Shown piece after piece: positions 61,301 to 64,000 of a DNA stretch of 64,000 bases (position 1 is its first letter; each line of letters starts with the position of its first letter). The notes beneath the pieces were generated by a model. The model made no database searches. It saw only the letters and a program-made list of their open reading frames with translations, and was not told the origin of the DNA. The DNA is from Bythopirellula sp. GTDB lineage: Bacteria > Planctomycetota > Planctomycetia > Pirellulales > Lacipirellulaceae. A program made the translations under genes and the position numbers. The stretch is from assembly GCA_965216565.1 (NCBI GenBank), contig OZ244170.1, positions 2,432,001-2,496,000 on the forward strand. Direction: 5' to 3'.

Positions 61301-61828
61301 GAAATTTCGGGCGATGGCGGTGCCCCGGGAGTGGATTTCGACCAACTAATCGTCTTTGGCTCGGCAACGCTTGGCGGGAGCTTGACAATAGATCTTGTTG
61401 ATAGTTTTCTCCCTAGCCACTCCGACACGTTCGAGATTCTAGACTCGGCTACGCTCAGCGGCGTGTTTGGCAACGTCCTCGACGGCGGGCGGCTCGACAC
61501 AAGTGGAGGTGAAGGGTCGTTTTTGGTCAGTTACAACAGTACGTCCAACAGCGTCGTGCTTTCCGAGTTTTTGGTCCCTGTGAACGGAGATTACGACGGT
61601 GACAACGACGTCGATGGCATCGACTTTCTGTTTTGGCAACGGGGTGAGTCTCCCAATCCGTTGACGGCCAACGATCTGGCAGTCTGGGAGACGAACTACG
61701 GGATGACATTTCCTCTAGCCGGTGCCACAACACAAGTGCCTGAGCCGACGACACTGATCATATCGCTGCTCGGCTGCTTTGTGGTGGGCACTACTCGCCA
61801 TGATCGACATTGGACAATTACCTACTAG
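58400..61828 (+). CDS. Autotransporter-associated beta-strand-repeat protein with PEP-CTERM
   Basis: Many LTK.G.G.L.L.G.N.Y.G.T repeats, TLAPGAS, GDYDGD dockerin-like segment, VPEP. No beta-barrel. Confidence 0.85.
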   Translation: MNLTCQQRSRRSNRTAFSKNHLRVQRTLLTIAVSILHFVPAQGTTTWTNAGIVKNFWDFADNWSAGIPDGADIVTFPNPFPGTGTITLLSSQSADSLDFNDGGYTLTGGTLTLTSGNISVDSSGDTVTFETPLFGTAGLTKTGAGHLNLQSASNYSGNTTVSQGFLDLSDASQLIPTLSEVSISSGAELRFFSGTATETIGSLAGAGKIVFGNIDAGGTDLRVGANNSSTTFSGNISDNFGGSGKLTKIGSGVLTLSGTNSYLGGTVVSDGTLQVSSSNLPVGFGVENNSLLTFNQNFSGTFSGGISGNGAVTKAGSGTLTLSGTNSYSAGTILSGGTLSISNDDNLGADSGTVFFDGGTLNVSGGSPVNFPGARHFQVESGSDAELNVSSGTSVNLYGGISGDGGLVKEGTGVLRLRSDALSHTPSTYSGPTTINAGFLRVRRDDSVPGITDLIPDQSDVTVAFNAGFGVFGLTDFGFPFGYTETIGSLSGSGVVVFDGSSGNHLRVGANNSSTTFAGNIIEIIGLGSGKLTKIGTGTLALTGNNAYSEGTEISAGALEVDTDSLPAAGGVVNNSLLTFNQGSNSTYAGVISGSGAVAKTGSGTLTLDQVNTYTNSTLLTEGTLAISDDDNLGADTAPVFFDGGTLRATGASGYSLAPDRSLVSVNGADVVVETQVSGALGVRGAISGAGGLVINSNQGNSVILSNSASNYAGNTTVNAGAALLASKQDGNDEVLPNTTDVTLNGLDAQLWLVLGITETIDGLNGSANTRVDFFSSSNNHLILGADNGNGIFEGRIFSQNTLHDGRLTKIGTGNQVLTGNNNYTGGTTVSGGTLTINTNSLPSAGGVVNNNSLVFGQDFDGTYTGVIGGTGAVTKSGAGVLALTGDNTYPGGTTVVAGTLLANNVLGGSSTGSGQVTVGFGGTFGGNGVSSGTAVIQVGGTLAPGASVGRLLVGAVQFNTGSTLEIEISGDGGAPGVDFDQLIVFGSATLGGSLTIDLVDSFLPSHSDTFEILDSATLSGVFGNVLDGGRLDTSGGEGSFLVSYNSTSNSVVLSEFLVPVNGDYDGDNDVDGIDFLFWQRGESPNPLTANDLAVWETNYGMTFPLAGATTQVPEPTTLIISLLGCFVVGTTRHDRHWTITY

Positions 61829-62359
61829 GTTGCATTTAACGAGCCAGAGCGGCAGCCTAACCGCCCCGAGGTAGCTTGGTTACCAAGAAGCAAGCTGGCC
61901 GATCGGTTCTCGATTCTGTGGCACTTATTCAAAGCGTCGAACGCACTACTCGATAGGTACGAGTTCGCCACACCGAAGACTTATTGCCGCTACGCGAACT
62001 GAACGAAGTTGGCCTCGCCGCCCTCTAAATTCCAACTCGCTTACCTGCACCGGTGCAATAAACCGACGCAGTCCATGGATTTCAGTTCGTGCGTTCGGCG
62101 TGAAACGCTAAGGCAGGTTGGGCACTTCCCTAGTGCCCAAGAAGGCATCGACCTTACGCTTGAAAGTCAGGCGACTTCCGAGCCCCAAGGGATGCATCGG
62201 CGCAGCGTTAGACACTCACTTACGCGTGCAAGATGTGACCCTACAGAGACAGAATCAAAAACTCTTGATTCTGTAGTCAGCCACATCAGTCGGTTACATC
62301 GGCTGCAGTGAAATAGAGGTGGTCATCCAGATTTAGAAAGCAGTTTCTAAATTCGGAGA

Positions 62360-62557
62360 TCAGGCAACTTGAACGTTCTCAGCACAGGGGCCTTTTTGTC
62401 CCATTGCTTCGTTGAACGTAACTCTTTGGCCTTCACTTAGGTCATCAAAGCTACAGCCTTCGACACTGGACGAATGAAAGAACAAGTCCTTGTCGCTACC
62501 AACGTCAATAAAGCCAAAACCCTTGTCCGTGATCTTCTTAATCGTACCTTCAGCCAT
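62360..62557 (-). CDS. Cold-shock domain protein
   Basis: MAEGTIKK..KGFGFI (RNP1), DLFFHSS (RNP2), KGPCAENV. Confidence 0.95.
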   Translation of the reverse strand: MAEGTIKKITDKGFGFIDVGSDKDLFFHSSSVEGCSFDDLSEGQRVTFNEAMGQKGPCAENVQVA

Positions 62558-62675
62558 TTGTTCACTTCCCAATTAATCATTCATTTGGCGATGCCGGGCA
62601 CACATTGCTCCAGACTGCTCCGCCTTGGTTAGATAGCCATTCTAGCCGACTTCCAGGGAGCATGAAAGCTATAAA

Positions 62676-64000
62676 CTAGAGCGGAGGCGGGTCGCGGCGT
62701 GGGGGGCGTTGGCGGGGCGTAGGGTTACGAGGCGGGCGGGGCCGGCCGTTGTTATTATTGTTTGCTACCTGCCTGGGATCGGGGACGAACGTATAGCTTT
62801 CCGTCCATTTCCAGCCCAGGGGCGCTCGCAACTCGCGATCCGCCAGATACGCCCAGGGCGTGCCTTCGTGTTCGGTTTTGACACGCTCAAGTAACTCGGT
62901 TGCCTGTGCAGCCGTCTTTTCCAGGCTGCTGTTGGCATACTCAGTGCCGGTACGCAGAATCCAGGTGTTGTTTTTCTCTTTTTTGAATGCCATGCCTTGC
63001 TTGGCCAGGGCGAGCATCGTGTTGTAACCGTCCGTACGAACCTTCGTGGCCAGCGCGCGACCCAAAGCCAGATCGTAACCCGCCTGCCAGCGAGCATCTT
63101 TGAGCGAATCGCGGCCCTCTTCGCCACTGAGCAGAAGCTGACAAATGCGATCGATTTGTGGCTTGCGAATTGCTGCAGATCGCTGTGCCGTAGTGAGACT
63201 ACTAGCCAGCGATGCTTCGTCCCGCTTGACGAACCGCATGCGGATGTCTTCCATTTGTGTAGTCCAAGAAAGCTCTGCCGCCTCCATCAATGCTCGGCGC
63301 GCGGCGTTAGACCGCACGTGTTCGAGGTACTCGTTGGACGAAACATAATCGGGTTGATACCGTCGCATATTCTCGGGATCGAAAAACACGGTAAAGTGGG
63401 CAGCCAAATTGCTGGTCTCGCGCCGCGACACGGTGCCCTTGGTCTTGCGATTGGGATGGGCGGCAAAATAAAGACCGCCTGTTTCGTAACACAAACGCGT
63501 GAGACCGTAGGGGCCAAAACCAGAGTCGAGCATTTCTTCGTCCCGCTGCGATCCAAAGAACTGCAACCGCAAACGCTCGGGCATCAATGACTCGGGCCCC
63601 ATGCTCACCGGCACTTGCTGCGGGCGTTGGTCGAATCGGGGATCGGGGTCGACCCATTTCACGTAGGCTTGCCGTCGTCCGAACGGGGCAGGGCGGCCCA
63701 CCACGTACACGGGCATGGCCAAGGTGCGGCACAGATGAACCGTTTCGTCGAGTTGCGCTACATCGTCGCCCGCTTCGTCCGTGAAGACGATGATCATGAC
63801 GTTGCGTGCGCCTTGACGCGAAGATCGATAGCTGCGGAATTTGTCGGCCGTCCAAGCGATTGCTTGAAAAACGTTTTCCACGGGCGTCTCGGCATCGCTA
63901 ATCGAACCGACTGCGGCCTTGATCTGTTTCACATCGTCGGTAGCTTTTTTGGTGAGCAACGTGGGCGTGGCGGCAAAGCCGACGACCGCGGTCAGCAGTG
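62676..64000 (-). CDS. VWA-domain-containing protein (5'-truncated by window edge)
   Basis: ENVFQAI, IIVFTDEAGDD, PVYVVG (VWA-type); Pro/Arg-rich tail. Confidence 0.7.
   Translation of the reverse strand, partial: LLTAVVGFAATPTLLTKKATDDVKQIKAAVGSISDAETPVENVFQAIAWTADKFRSYRSSRQGARNVMIIVFTDEAGDDVAQLDETVHLCRTLAMPVYVVGRPAPFGRRQAYVKWVDPDPRFDQRPQQVPVSMGPESLMPERLRLQFFGSQRDEEMLDSGFGPYGLTRLCYETGGLYFAAHPNRKTKGTVSRRETSNLAAHFTVFFDPENMRRYQPDYVSSNEYLEHVRSNAARRALMEAAELSWTTQMEDIRMRFVKRDEASLASSLTTAQRSAAIRKPQIDRICQLLLSGEEGRDSLKDARWQAGYDLALGRALATKVRTDGYNTMLALAKQGMAFKKEKNNTWILRTGTEYANSSLEKTAAQATELLERVKTEHEGTPWAYLADRELRAPLGWKWTESYTFVPDPRQVANNNNNGRPRPPRNPTPRQRPPRRDPPPL

Overview
Bacterial DNA that looks planctomycete (Pirellulales/Lacipirellulaceae-like): it carries DUF1501, DUF1549/1553, two DUF1559 prepilin-type genes and nine PEP-CTERM proteins, several with a dockerin-like tail. 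Positions 1-29.9 kb form a probable alginate/uronan utilisation locus. It contains KdgK, an SDR, two NRAMP-like transporters, AraC and XylR regulators, a PEP-CTERM PL6 lyase, an unclassified beta-helix enzyme, a DUF1559 module with two lipoproteins, a Tat oxidoreductase and an enolase-family enzyme. The locus ends in an 899-aa secreted protein that fuses a PL38-like alginate lyase to an AlgG-like mannuronan C5-epimerase, the standout finding. Next come a Y-family polymerase plus SRAP-like cassette behind a candidate LexA box, REP/REPIN-like repeats, and housekeeping genes (dxs, ispA, xseB, xseA, dapF, tilS, rny, YmdB-family). The last 12 kb hold surface-protein genes: an orphan Hcp domain with a signal peptide and PEP-CTERM anchor, GH44, and a barrel-less autotransporter-repeat protein. 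All assignments come from motif recognition by eye; no searches were run. No rRNA, tRNA, CRISPR array or transposase was recognised.
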